Below are positions 31,916 through 41,710 of a stretch of DNA of 64,000 nucleotides, piece after piece. Each line of letters opens with the position of its first letter. Positions within the stretch are counted from its first letter, which is position 1. Source of the stretch: a virus (Duplodnaviria; Caudoviricetes); the IMG/VR virus record IMGVR_UViG_3300005512_000003. One strand, written 5' to 3'. The notes under the pieces are model-generated. The model was not told where the DNA came from and did not search any database. It was given only the letters and a program-made list of their open reading frames with translations. A program made the translations under genes and the position numbers.

Positions 31916-32964
31916 TGAAAGTTGCTATTATTACGGACCAGCATTTCGGGTGCCGTAAAAACTCAAAGTTGTTTCACGATTATTTCTTACAATTTTATAA
32001 TGATGTATTTTTTCCCGCTTTAGAGCGGGAAAGTATTAAGACCGTCATCGATATGGGTGACACTTTTGATTCAAGAAAGGGTATTGATTTTGCTGCGCTT
32101 TCTTGGGCAAAGAAATACTACTATGACCGTCTTCAGCAGATGGGAGTTACAGTGATTACTGTGGTGGGTAATCATACGGCATATTACAAAAATACGAATG
32201 AAGTCAATGCAATTGATCTGTTGCTTCGTGAGTATGAAAATGTAGTAGTTGTCTCAAAACCAACGGAACTTAAAGTTGGAGACCTGAAAGTTTTATTCGT
32301 TCCTTGGATCAATCAAGAGAATGAAAAGGAAACGACCGAAATGATTCAAAGTACAAATAGTACTTGTGTTATGGGTCACCTTGAACTCAAAGGATTCAAC
32401 GCAAATAAGTTCTGCGTTATGGAGCATGGATATGAAAGCAGACTGTTTGAAAAGTTTGATCTAGTTCTTTCTGGTCACTATCACACTCGTAGTCAAAAAG
32501 AGAACGTAAGGTATCTTGGAAACCCATACGAGATCTACTGGACTGATGTTGATGATGATAGGGGATTTCATTTCTTTGAATCCAAAACCTTAGAACTTAC
32601 AACAGTGAACAATCCTTACAAGATGTTCCATAAGATCTTTTATGAAGACACCAACTACAAACTCTTTGATGCTAAAAAGTACGAAGGTAAGATTGTTAAG
32701 GTAATCGTTCGTAAAAAATCTGATAGCAAGATATTTGAAAAGTTTGTTGATAAACTGTACACTTCAAACATCGCTGAACTTAAGGTAGTTGAAAATACTG
32801 ATTTCGGTGGATACTTTATGGGAGAGGAAACCGAATCCCTTGAGTCAGAAGACACCATGTCTATCCTTAATAGATATATACAAGACTCGGAAATCGACCT
32901 TGATAAATCTATTATTCAGGGAGTAATGCAAGAGATCTATCAGGAAGCTTGCGAAATGGTTTAA
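31912..32964 (+). CDS. g47: Recombination nuclease gp47 (Mre11/SbcD-like)
   Basis: ITDQHFG, GDTFD.RK, GNH and SGHYH phosphoesterase motifs. Confidence 0.96.
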   Translation: MMKVAIITDQHFGCRKNSKLFHDYFLQFYNDVFFPALERESIKTVIDMGDTFDSRKGIDFAALSWAKKYYYDRLQQMGVTVITVVGNHTAYYKNTNEVNAIDLLLREYENVVVVSKPTELKVGDLKVLFVPWINQENEKETTEMIQSTNSTCVMGHLELKGFNANKFCVMEHGYESRLFEKFDLVLSGHYHTRSQKENVRYLGNPYEIYWTDVDDDRGFHFFESKTLELTTVNNPYKMFHKIFYEDTNYKLFDAKKYEGKIVKVIVRKKSDSKIFEKFVDKLYTSNIAELKVVENTDFGGYFMGEETESLESEDTMSILNRYIQDSEIDLDKSIIQGVMQEIYQEACEMV

Positions 32965-32966
32965 AA

Positions 32967-33257
32967 ATGCTACATATTCTAACTATTGATGGACAAGAGG
33001 AAGAAGGAGCGTATTCTGTCGCAGACTCTCTAGGAGAAAAAATTCTCTATATCTGGGAAGAAGAAGACGATGCTGTTCGTTTTGCCATGATGTTAGAAGA
33101 AGATGGATATCCAGAAATGAACGTTCTCGAAGTAGAGGACGAAGTGTTACTGAAGACTTGCGAAATGCATGAGTATCAGTATACAATAATAACCAAGAAT
33201 GACTTTGTGATCCCCCCGAACCAAGATAATGATTCTGTTCAAAAAGATTCGATTTAA
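32967..33257 (+). CDS. Conserved acidic hypothetical protein (DUF3110-like)
   Basis: EGAYSV, EEEDDA.R.AMML; located between g47 and g46. Confidence 0.6.
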   Translation: MLHILTIDGQEEEGAYSVADSLGEKILYIWEEEDDAVRFAMMLEEDGYPEMNVLEVEDEVLLKTCEMHEYQYTIITKNDFVIPPNQDNDSVQKDSI

Positions 33258-34938
33258 AAACTTTTTATCTACAGGAAACCAGTTTACCGAGTTCAACCTT
33301 ACTGAAAATACCACCACTCTGATTATTGGGACTAACGGTGCTGGTAAATCAACGGTTCTTGATGCACTAACGTTTGCTCTGTTTGGGAAACCCTTCCGCA
33401 AGATCAACAAACCTCAACTTCCAAATACAGTCAATGAAAAAGACTGTGTTGCGGAGGTTGAGTTTTCTATTGGAAGCATTGACTGGAAAGTCATTCGTGG
33501 AATCAAACCTAGTAAGTTTGAGATCTATCAGAATGGTAAACTTCTGGATCAAAGTGCTTCTGCTGTAGACCAGCAAAAGTGGTTGGAACAAGTAGTTCTG
33601 AAAATGAACTATAAGTCATTCACTCAAATTGTGATTCTTGGTAGCAGTAGTTTTGTTCCCTTCATGCAACTTACTGCTGCTAATCGTAGGGATGTGATTG
33701 AAGATCTTCTTGATATCAAGATCTTCTCTACGATGAACACGATTATCAAAGAAAAACTTCGTCAAGTCAAAGATGAAGTTAGAACTCTTGAACTGTCCAA
33801 AGAGTCAGTCACTGAAAAGATGACTATGCAGCAAGACTTCATTGAAGAACTTGAGAGTAGGGGAAATGCCAATATTAATAACAATAAAGAAAAGATTGCC
33901 AAGTTAGATAAAGAAGTTGGTGAATATCTGAATAACAATACTGAGTTGAAGAAGAAGACTGAAGAACTTCAGCAGGAAGTTGAAAAGGTTACTGGCGCTG
34001 GAGATAAGTTAGTAAAACTAAACAATCTTAAGGGTAAAATCTCTCAGAAAGTAACGACGATTACTAAAGAGCATAAGTTTTTTAACGAAAATACGGTATG
34101 CCCTACTTGTACTCAGAGTATTGAAGAAGAGTTTAGGGTAAATAGAATTACAGACGCTCAAAATAAAGCAAAGGAGCTCAAGAAAGGTTACCAAGACCTG
34201 GAGGAGACAATACAGTTTGAGCAAGAACGAGAGCGTCAATTCCTTGCCCTATCTCAGGAGATTACAAACTTAACGCATGGCATTTCTCAAAACAATACTC
34301 GGATTTCCCTCAACCAGAGACAAGTCCGAGATCTTGAACATGAAATTCAAACTATTACCGAGAACCTTGCAAACCGAAATTCTGAGCATGAGAAGCTAGC
34401 GGCGTTCAAGAAAAAACTGAATACTACCGAAACAGAACTAGAGTCTAAGAAAGACTCCTATCGTTATTACGATTTCTCATACGGACTACTTAAGGACGGT
34501 GGAGTTAAATCTCAAATCATTAAGAAGTATCTACCGCTGATAAATCAGCAAGTCAATCGTTTCTTACAAATGATGGACTTTTACATCAACTTCAGTCTTG
34601 ATGAAGAGTTTAACGAAACTGTCCAGTCCCCCATTCACGAAGATTTTTCATACGCATCATTCAGCGAAGGAGAAAAGATGCGTATCGACCTTGCTCTCTT
34701 GTTCACTTGGAGAGAGGTTGCAAAATATAAGAACTCAGTAAATACAAATCTTTTGATCATGGACGAAGTTTTTGATTCGTCTCTGGATGGATTTGGCACG
34801 GATGATTTCTTGAAGATTATCCGATTTGTAATCAAAGATGCTAATATCTTTGTCATCTCTCACAAGGATGGACTGCAGGATAAGTTTGATAATGTTATCC
34901 GATTTGAAAAAGTTAAAGGATTTAGTAGGATGGTTTGA
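33229..34938 (+). CDS. g46: Recombination ATPase gp46 (Rad50/SbcC-like)
   Basis: G.NGAGKST, CPTC zinc hook, FSEGEK signature, LLIMDEVFD.SLD. Confidence 0.97.
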   Translation: MILFKKIRFKNFLSTGNQFTEFNLTENTTTLIIGTNGAGKSTVLDALTFALFGKPFRKINKPQLPNTVNEKDCVAEVEFSIGSIDWKVIRGIKPSKFEIYQNGKLLDQSASAVDQQKWLEQVVLKMNYKSFTQIVILGSSSFVPFMQLTAANRRDVIEDLLDIKIFSTMNTIIKEKLRQVKDEVRTLELSKESVTEKMTMQQDFIEELESRGNANINNNKEKIAKLDKEVGEYLNNNTELKKKTEELQQEVEKVTGAGDKLVKLNNLKGKISQKVTTITKEHKFFNENTVCPTCTQSIEEEFRVNRITDAQNKAKELKKGYQDLEETIQFEQERERQFLALSQEITNLTHGISQNNTRISLNQRQVRDLEHEIQTITENLANRNSEHEKLAAFKKKLNTTETELESKKDSYRYYDFSYGLLKDGGVKSQIIKKYLPLINQQVNRFLQMMDFYINFSLDEEFNETVQSPIHEDFSYASFSEGEKMRIDLALLFTWREVAKYKNSVNTNLLIMDEVFDSSLDGFGTDDFLKIIRFVIKDANIFVISHKDGLQDKFDNVIRFEKVKGFSRMV

Positions 34939-34939
34939 C

Positions 34940-35659
34940 ATGTCACAAAAAGTATTGATCACTGGACACAAAGGTTTTATTGGAAAGCACGTATTTGCAG
35001 ATTGGCAAGAAACTCATGGTCAATGGGTAACTGGATTGGATCGTCCAGATGACGTTAAAGATTTTACTAGTGGAGAATATGACCTGGTGATTCACCTTGC
35101 TGCATATGCAGACATCCGTGATAGTCAAGAGAATCCAGAAAAGTATTACAATAATAATGTGCTCTCCACAAAACCTTTATTCGATTGGTGTAGGGATACT
35201 AACACAAGACTCTTGTACGCCTCTTCTAGCGCCGTAGAGGAGGGTTACTGGACCAATCCATATGCTATGACCAAATGGGTAAATGAACAGATGGCACCGC
35301 CTAATTCTGTTGGTATGAGATTTACCACTGTTTATGGTCCTGGTGGTCGTGGTAATATGATGTATGATTTGCTAAAGAACAAGAAAGCAAAGTATGTTAC
35401 CAATCACAAACGCGATTGGATTCATGTAAGAGATGTATGTCGTGCCATTCGTTATCTTGCTGCTAGCGATATCACTGGACCAGTAACTGTTGGAACTGGA
35501 GAATCTGTAGCAGTGAAGGATCTTGCAAAAGCATTTGGTCAAGGAGACCTTCCTGTTCTTGAGAACACTCCAGGAGAAAGAGAAGATAATGTTGCTGATA
35601 TTTCTCTTCTTAAGACAACAGGTTGGTTCCCATCAGTGAATATCTTTGACACAATCTGA
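34940..35659 (+). CDS. NAD-dependent epimerase/dehydratase
   Basis: LITGHKGFIG, HLAA, YASSS, Y...K, RDWIHV.D; ATG at 34940. Confidence 0.9.
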   Translation: MSQKVLITGHKGFIGKHVFADWQETHGQWVTGLDRPDDVKDFTSGEYDLVIHLAAYADIRDSQENPEKYYNNNVLSTKPLFDWCRDTNTRLLYASSSAVEEGYWTNPYAMTKWVNEQMAPPNSVGMRFTTVYGPGGRGNMMYDLLKNKKAKYVTNHKRDWIHVRDVCRAIRYLAASDITGPVTVGTGESVAVKDLAKAFGQGDLPVLENTPGEREDNVADISLLKTTGWFPSVNIFDTI

Positions 35660-36261
35660 TGCCAACTTACAAACACAAGGAAACTGGTAAACGTTTTCTA
35701 TATGTTCATATTCCTAGGACTGCTGGAAGATTCCTAGAAGAAAATATTCTTCATAATGGATTTGAGTGTGAGCAGAAAAAAATATGGACGAGTGTTTGTA
35801 ATATCGAGATTGCACATTTCCATAAAGACTTATATTCAAAGTATCTTGATTGCTACTCAATTCCTCACATAACTGTTGTCAGAGATCCAGTAGATAGATT
35901 CTTTTCCGCATCTATCTTTCTTACAAGGATGTATGGTGATGACATTGAACAACTATTAGAGAATGAGAATACTTTTTATTCTATGATAGAAAACTTTCCA
36001 CTCCCTGAAGCAGTAAACTGGTTCAGACCACAGGTTGACTTCATTGGAGAACTGACTCACATCTGGTGGTATGAAAACAAACTTGAGAATGATTTTTCTG
36101 ATTGGATGAGTGAAGTTCTCAAAGTAGATTTCAAAGTAAAAAATCTAAAGTATCCTAAACTCACAACAAATGAAGACAGAAAGGTTGAGAGGAGACCAAG
36201 AATCGTACAGAATGTGAAGAATCTCTATCGTAAGGACTATGAAGCACTATATCCAAAATAA
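35659..36261 (+). CDS. Sulfotransferase-family protein
   Basis: HIPRTAG (5'-PSB loop) and VRDPVDRFFS (3'-PB motif). Confidence 0.8.
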   Translation: MPTYKHKETGKRFLYVHIPRTAGRFLEENILHNGFECEQKKIWTSVCNIEIAHFHKDLYSKYLDCYSIPHITVVRDPVDRFFSASIFLTRMYGDDIEQLLENENTFYSMIENFPLPEAVNWFRPQVDFIGELTHIWWYENKLENDFSDWMSEVLKVDFKVKNLKYPKLTTNEDRKVERRPRIVQNVKNLYRKDYEALYPK

Positions 36262-36341
36262 ATAGTGGCACACGCTTGCTTCTATGGACGACGACAGCAC
36301 GCTATGGTATGAGATAATGATTAACAAAATCATTCAGGAAA

Positions 36342-36488
36342 ATGCAGAGACCGAACTGGCAACACAACTCGGGGAAACCCCAGAAGAGAAAACTGAAACC
36401 ACAAGCGATGAGAGCACGGCGTGAAGCACTGCGCCAGTTCAAAAAGCGTCACATGACCTCGCCCAAAAGGCGGGGTTCTTTTGTATGA
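36342..36488 (+). CDS. Small basic protein, 48 aa (not in ORF track)
   Basis: MQRPNWQHNSGKPQKRKLKPQAMRARREALRQFKKRH..., preceded by AGGA. It resembles a peptide I recall at this position in cyanomyophages. Confidence 0.55.
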   Translation: MQRPNWQHNSGKPQKRKLKPQAMRARREALRQFKKRHMTSPKRRGSFV

Positions 36489-36510
36489 TACGTACATACG
36501 AAACAAAGCG

Positions 36511-38670
36511 ATGACCTCCAAGCACGAAATCAAGTCACAACTTGCCAAACTGCTTGCCACCGAGGACCTTGTGGTGGAGCATAAGCAAGTAGAGACTGCC
36601 TGCTTCAATGTTCACACCCGCGTTCTGACTCTCCCTAACTGGGATCGGGCAAGTAATGTCGTTTATGATCTTCTCGTTGGACACGAGGTGGGTCATGCCC
36701 TGTTCACCCCAGATCTTGACTGGAACAAAGATCGTAAGATTCCTCCTCAGTTTGTGAACGTTGTAGAAGATGTTCGTATTGAGAAGTTGATGAAGAAGAA
36801 ATATCCTGGTCTCCCTAAAACCTTCTATCGTGGATACAAGGAACTCCACGAAAAAGACTTCTTTGCTATTGAGGATGATGATGTCACTACTTATAATCTT
36901 GCTGATCGCATTAATCTGCATTACAAAGTTGGAAGTTTCCTTCCCGTGGTATTTACTGAGGAGGAGAAGAAGATTGTCAACATGGTCGATACCACTGACA
37001 CCTTTGAAGATGTCTTGGATGCTGCGGAAGCTCTGTATGCCTACTGTAAGGAAGAGAAGGAAAAAAATAAAGTTCCTGAACTAGACAACTTGGATGTCAA
37101 GAATCAAACCACTGGACAAGGTGGTGATATTCAGGATCAACCCCAAGAGTCTGAAGAGGGTGAGGAAGGAGAATCCCAAGAGGAGAAGAATGAGATTGAT
37201 GAGTCCACTGGTGGCGGTGGTGCTGGTGGCGTAGATCAAACTGCCTTTAATGACATTGCTGAAGGTGAAGAGGATGAAGATCCTGAAGTGAAGACTGATG
37301 CAAGTCTTGAAGAAAAACTCAAAGATCTTATCGGTCATTCTGATTATCCAGAAACTCTTTATCTGGAACTTCCTAACTTGAACTTGGACACCATCATTGC
37401 ATCCAACAAGGAGGTTCATGGTATCTGTGATGAGTTCTATGAGAATGTTATTTCCACATCCCCTGATGCATATTTAAGTCACGATGACAACTACGAAAAG
37501 TTCAAAAAGTCCGCACAGAAAGAAGTCAACTACCTCGTCAAGGAGTTCGAGTGCAGAAAGTCTGCTAGTTCTTATGCTCGTGCTACTGTATCTCGGACTG
37601 GAGTCCTTGATACATCTAAACTCCACACTTACAAATACAATGAAGACCTGTTTAAAAAGGTAACAGTTCTTCCTGATGGAAAGAATCATGGACTTGTCTT
37701 TGTGATTGACTGGTCTGGTTCTATGGGAAATGTTCTTAAGGACACAATCAAGCAACTGTTCAATCTTGTTTGGTTCTGCAAGAAAGTCCAGATTCCTTTT
37801 GAAGTGTATGCTTTTACCACTGAGTGGTGGTCAATGCCTCACAATAAAGGTGATCGTGCCCTTCAACCAGTTGATCACTATGAGAAGCGTGATGGTCTCT
37901 TTGCGGTTCATGAACAGTTCAATATGATGCAAATCTTGACCAGCGATACCAACAATCGTGAACTGGAGAAGCAACTTAAAAATGTTTGGAGAGTTGCAGA
38001 GTACTACAGTGCCAGCTACTATGCTCCTCCGATTCCTTCTATCTTTAATCTCTGTGGCACTCCTTTGAATGAAGCAATTATTTCTCTGTTCAAAATCATT
38101 CCTGCTTTCAAGCAAAAGACTGGTGCCGAAAAAACTAATGTCGTCATCCTGACTGATGGTGAATCTAATCACATTGGACGCCACCGTATGATTCATCGCC
38201 ACAGTTGCGAACCGTTCTTGGGTATGGGTCAAGTTCCTTATGGTGCCATGTTGAGGGATCGTAAACTTGGAACTACCTATGATCTCTTTGCTGATGATGG
38301 TCCTGCTGCTTTGACCCAGTGTCTGCTGCGTAACCTGTCTGAGCGTTTTCCTAATGAAAACCTGATTGGTATCCGTGTCTGTGAAGGACGAGACTTTACT
38401 ACTCACCTCCGTCGATATATTGGTTGGGGTAACTATTCTCTTGAGGAAAAGTTGATTAAAGAGTGGAAGAAAGAGAAAGCAGTTACCATCCCCAACTCTT
38501 CTTACAAAAAGTATTTCACCCTTTCTGCAACTGCACTCTCTCAAGATTCTGAGTTTGATGTTGATGATGGTGCTTCCAAAGCACAGATTCGCAGTGCATT
38601 CAAGAAGTCTTTGGGTGCCAAGAAAACAAACAAAAAGATCCTCAGTCAGTTCATTGATCTGGTCGCTTGA
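36511..38670 (+). CDS. CobT-like protein: HExxH peptidase-like N-domain, acidic linker, vWA domain
   Basis: HEVGH, N.VED.RIE, MIDAS motif DWSGSM...TP...LTDGE. Confidence 0.85.
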   Translation: MTSKHEIKSQLAKLLATEDLVVEHKQVETACFNVHTRVLTLPNWDRASNVVYDLLVGHEVGHALFTPDLDWNKDRKIPPQFVNVVEDVRIEKLMKKKYPGLPKTFYRGYKELHEKDFFAIEDDDVTTYNLADRINLHYKVGSFLPVVFTEEEKKIVNMVDTTDTFEDVLDAAEALYAYCKEEKEKNKVPELDNLDVKNQTTGQGGDIQDQPQESEEGEEGESQEEKNEIDESTGGGGAGGVDQTAFNDIAEGEEDEDPEVKTDASLEEKLKDLIGHSDYPETLYLELPNLNLDTIIASNKEVHGICDEFYENVISTSPDAYLSHDDNYEKFKKSAQKEVNYLVKEFECRKSASSYARATVSRTGVLDTSKLHTYKYNEDLFKKVTVLPDGKNHGLVFVIDWSGSMGNVLKDTIKQLFNLVWFCKKVQIPFEVYAFTTEWWSMPHNKGDRALQPVDHYEKRDGLFAVHEQFNMMQILTSDTNNRELEKQLKNVWRVAEYYSASYYAPPIPSIFNLCGTPLNEAIISLFKIIPAFKQKTGAEKTNVVILTDGESNHIGRHRMIHRHSCEPFLGMGQVPYGAMLRDRKLGTTYDLFADDGPAALTQCLLRNLSERFPNENLIGIRVCEGRDFTTHLRRYIGWGNYSLEEKLIKEWKKEKAVTIPNSSYKKYFTLSATALSQDSEFDVDDGASKAQIRSAFKKSLGAKKTNKKILSQFIDLVA

Positions 38671-38741
38671 GGAACTGTCCACTCCCCCTTCACGGGGGAC
38701 CTCTCACCCCTTATAATATTCACATACCAAACAAACCAATC

Positions 38742-39842
38742 ATGACTCGCGTGACCACTGAGCAACTGATCGAAACTCTCTCTTCTCTCTATGGCACAGA
38801 ACTGACTGCCGCTGATATCAAAGGTTATTGCGCTGCTAACGATATTTCTTATCCTACTGTGACTCGTAAACTGGAACAGTTCAAGACCACTCGTGGTCGT
38901 TGGAATCTTGAGGTGACTCAAGAAAGCGTAGAAAACATTGAAAAGTCTTTTTCTTCTCCTGCTGTGCAACCTCCCGTTGAACAAAATCTTATTCCCCAGA
39001 AAGACAAAAACTTTGTTTCTTTCGGCAACTTCACTGATGTGAAGAAGATCATCAAGTCTGGTATTTTCTATCCTACTTTCATCACTGGTCTCTCTGGTAA
39101 CGGTAAGACCTTTGGTGTGGAGCAGGCATGTGCTCAACTGAGTCGTGAACTGATCCGTGTCAACATTACTATTGAAACTGATGAAGATGATCTTATTGGT
39201 GGTTTCCGCCTTGTCGATGGGGCAACTGTTTGGCATAACGGACCTGTCGTTGAAGCACTCCAGCGAGGAGCAGTCTTGCTACTCGATGAAATTGACCTGG
39301 CTTCAAACAAAATCCTCTGTCTTCAATCCATTCTTGAAGGGAAAGGTGTGTTCCTGAAGAAGATTGGTAAGTTCGTCACACCTGCTGATGGATTCCAGAT
39401 CTTTGCTACTGCTAACACCAAAGGTAAGGGTTCTGATGACGGTCGCTTCATCGGCACCAATGTTCTGAACGAAGCGTTCCTTGAGCGTTTCCCTGTGACC
39501 TTTGAGCAAGATTATCCTACCGCTGCTGTAGAGACTAACATTCTCAAGAAGATCTGCTCCGATGAACAGTTCTGCAAGCGTCTTGCAGACTGGGCGGACA
39601 TCATCCGCAAGACTTTCAATGACGGTGGTATTGATGAAGTTATCAGCACCCGTCGTCTGGTTCATATCGTCAATGCTTACAACATCTTCAATGACAAAGA
39701 GAAAGCAATCAAGGTTTGCCTGAATCGTTTTGATGATGAAACCAAGCAGTCTTTCATTGAACTCTATGACAAAGTTGACGAGGACTTTGATCTGACTGCC
39801 ACTGGTGAGCAAGTGAGTGTTGACCAGGAGTTGGGATCCTGA
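38742..39842 (+). CDS. CobS/MoxR-like AAA+ ATPase
   Basis: GLSGNGKT, LLLDEID, ATANTKG.G, NEAFLERF. Confidence 0.92.
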   Translation: MTRVTTEQLIETLSSLYGTELTAADIKGYCAANDISYPTVTRKLEQFKTTRGRWNLEVTQESVENIEKSFSSPAVQPPVEQNLIPQKDKNFVSFGNFTDVKKIIKSGIFYPTFITGLSGNGKTFGVEQACAQLSRELIRVNITIETDEDDLIGGFRLVDGATVWHNGPVVEALQRGAVLLLDEIDLASNKILCLQSILEGKGVFLKKIGKFVTPADGFQIFATANTKGKGSDDGRFIGTNVLNEAFLERFPVTFEQDYPTAAVETNILKKICSDEQFCKRLADWADIIRKTFNDGGIDEVISTRRLVHIVNAYNIFNDKEKAIKVCLNRFDDETKQSFIELYDKVDEDFDLTATGEQVSVDQELGS

Positions 39843-39848
39843 TAGAAT
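39820..39848 (+). promoter_or_regulatory. Sigma70-like promoter TTGACC-N17-TAGAAT (extended -10)
   Basis: Seen directly. It implies that the next gene starts downstream of 39849. Confidence 0.5.
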
Positions 39849-39887
39849 ATGGGAAACTCTTGGTCTTTTTTATACGATGAACTGATT

Positions 39888-40226
39888 ATGTCTGATGACA
39901 CTCACTCTTTTAATCTTGATATGACTAACAACAATCCCAATCGTTTTAAGTACAGTGAGGAAGAACTCCTCAAAGAACTGAAAGATTATATCTCTGCAAC
40001 TTATAACGCACACTACTCTGCTGGCAACGACAGCATTCAAACTCTGGACTTGATTGAGGCATGTGGTGACGCTGAAGCATTCTGCCGAAGTAACATCCTC
40101 AAGTATGCTTCTCGCTACGATAAGAAAGGAACTGCACGTCGGGACATTATCAAGATCCTGCACTATGGTCTCCTCCTTCTGCACTTCTCTGATAAAACCT
40201 CTGAGCGTGAACCTTACAACCAATGA
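39888..40226 (+). CDS. DUF3310-like hypothetical protein
   Basis: TY..HY, IQTLDLI, FCRSNILKYASRY.KKG..R.D..K..HY. Start is uncertain (39849, 39888 or 39921). Confidence 0.7.
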   Translation: MSDDTHSFNLDMTNNNPNRFKYSEEELLKELKDYISATYNAHYSAGNDSIQTLDLIEACGDAEAFCRSNILKYASRYDKKGTARRDIIKILHYGLLLLHFSDKTSEREPYNQ

Positions 40227-40918
40227 AACTGAAAGAAAAAACTATGACTATGAAACTGTCGGAAAAAACCCTTTCTCTTCTGAAGAACTTTTCCAACATC
40301 AATCAATCCATCGTGTTCAAGAGTGGCAACTCTCTACGCACGATCTCTCTGATGAAAAACATTCTGGCAGAAGCAGAACTGGAGGAAAATATTCCTCAGG
40401 ACTTTGCTATCTATGACCTCAATCAGTTTCTGAATGGTCTTTCTCTTCACCAGAACCCTGAACTGGACTTTGCCAATGATGGATATGTGGTGATCCGAGA
40501 AGGAAAGATGCGATCCAAGTATTTCTTTGCTGATCCTGGAGTTATCACCACTCCTCCAGATAAGGACATTGCACTTCCAAGTGAAGATGTCTGCTTCATG
40601 TTGAAGACACAGGATCTGGTCGCACTTCAGAAGGCAGCTGCAGTTTATCAACTTCCTGATATGTCTGTGATCGGTGAGAATGGAGTTGTCAAACTTCTTG
40701 TCCGCGATAAGAAGAATGAGACTTCTAATGATTTCTCTGTGATTGTTGGTGAAACTGATTCAGTATTCTCCTTCAACTTCAAAGTTGAGAACATCAAGAT
40801 TCTTCCTGGAACTTATGAGGTTGTTGTCTCTCGTAAACTTCTGTCACGCTTCCAAAGCACCGATCGCGATCTGGTTTATTATATTGCTCTAGAACCCGAT
40901 TCTACATTTGAAGACTGA
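40223..40918 (+). CDS. g45: Sliding clamp gp45
   Basis: MKLS..T...LKNFS.INQS, DFAIYDLNQFL, YYIALE. The true start may be 40250. Confidence 0.95.
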   Translation: MKLKEKTMTMKLSEKTLSLLKNFSNINQSIVFKSGNSLRTISLMKNILAEAELEENIPQDFAIYDLNQFLNGLSLHQNPELDFANDGYVVIREGKMRSKYFFADPGVITTPPDKDIALPSEDVCFMLKTQDLVALQKAAAVYQLPDMSVIGENGVVKLLVRDKKNETSNDFSVIVGETDSVFSFNFKVENIKILPGTYEVVVSRKLLSRFQSTDRDLVYYIALEPDSTFED

Positions 40919-41445
40919 TGAACATCTTTGTGACAGATCCAGACCCTTGGAAGTCAGCACGGGTTTTGCCCGACAAACACATCGTTAAGATGCCACTAGA
41001 GACTTGTCAGATGCTTGCTATCGTATGCTCTGACAAGTGGGGTCATGGATTCGGCACTCTTCCTAGAGCAGACGGGACTCCCTATGCGACTGAGAAGGGT
41101 GCCTTTCGTAATCATCCCTGTACCATCTGGGCAAACGATTTCGTGATGAACTGGAACTGGTTGCTTGCTCATGGGTTTGCCCTCTGTGCAGAGTATGCTG
41201 CCCGCTACGGCAAGGTTCACACCTGCTTCCAGACTCTGAATGCTGCAAGGGAGATACTGCCCACAGGAGACCCCACAGGGCGCTCTGGGAAGGGTCCTAA
41301 ACCGTTTGTCTTCGCTGGACCTGATGAGTTTAAACTGGATACGACAATAGACATCTATGACAAATACAAAATGTATATTGCATCTAAACCTTGGGTAAAA
41401 GACAACTACCTTCGCCTGCCCCAACGCAAACCTGATTGGATATGA
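40918..41445 (+). CDS. Pyrimidine-dimer DNA glycosylase-like protein
   Basis: MNIF..D.DP..SA..L.DKH.VKM.LE..QML, NHPC..W, EY..RYGK.H. Confidence 0.7.
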   Translation: MNIFVTDPDPWKSARVLPDKHIVKMPLETCQMLAIVCSDKWGHGFGTLPRADGTPYATEKGAFRNHPCTIWANDFVMNWNWLLAHGFALCAEYAARYGKVHTCFQTLNAAREILPTGDPTGRSGKGPKPFVFAGPDEFKLDTTIDIYDKYKMYIASKPWVKDNYLRLPQRKPDWI

Positions 41446-41564
41446 AATACAAGAAAGGCACCTTTTTTCTTGATAAAGATACACATAAGGTGTATATTTT
41501 TGATGGGAAAGAATGGTGGGAGATTGTCCCAAGTTCTTATTTGAAAAAACCTGATTGGGTATGA
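41442..41564 (+). CDS. 40-aa hypothetical protein (not in ORF track)
   Basis: MKYKKGTFFLDKDTHKVYIFDGKEWWEIVPSSYLKKPDWV, ATGA-coupled at both ends. Confidence 0.6.
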   Translation: MKYKKGTFFLDKDTHKVYIFDGKEWWEIVPSSYLKKPDWV

Positions 41565-41710
41565 AGACAACACTAACTATTGATGATGATGGTGTATTGA
41601 CTTTTCCCCCAGAACTACTAGAAGTTACTGGATGGAAAGAAGGTGATATGCTACAATGGATTGACCGTAAAGACGGATCTTTTGAACTAAGGAAAACTAA
41701 TGAGTCGTGA
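41561..41710 (+). CDS. AbrB/MazE-like small protein, 49 aa (not in ORF track)
   Basis: IDDDG.LTFPPELL...GWKEGD.L.W swapped-hairpin pattern. Confidence 0.65.
   Translation: MKTTLTIDDDGVLTFPPELLEVTGWKEGDMLQWIDRKDGSFELRKTNES

Noticed and set aside
34838-34939. Longer track starts for the epimerase (also uvsX 50373, g41 51373, AAA+ 38667 and the ORFs at 58764 and 62453)
   Set aside because: They overlap upstream genes or promoters; the downstream ATGs match family N-termini.
36511-39842. Cobalamin biosynthesis (cobT/cobS) auxiliary genes
   Set aside because: No cobN or other pathway genes in the window; a generic MoxR AAA+/vWA pair is the better-supported reading.
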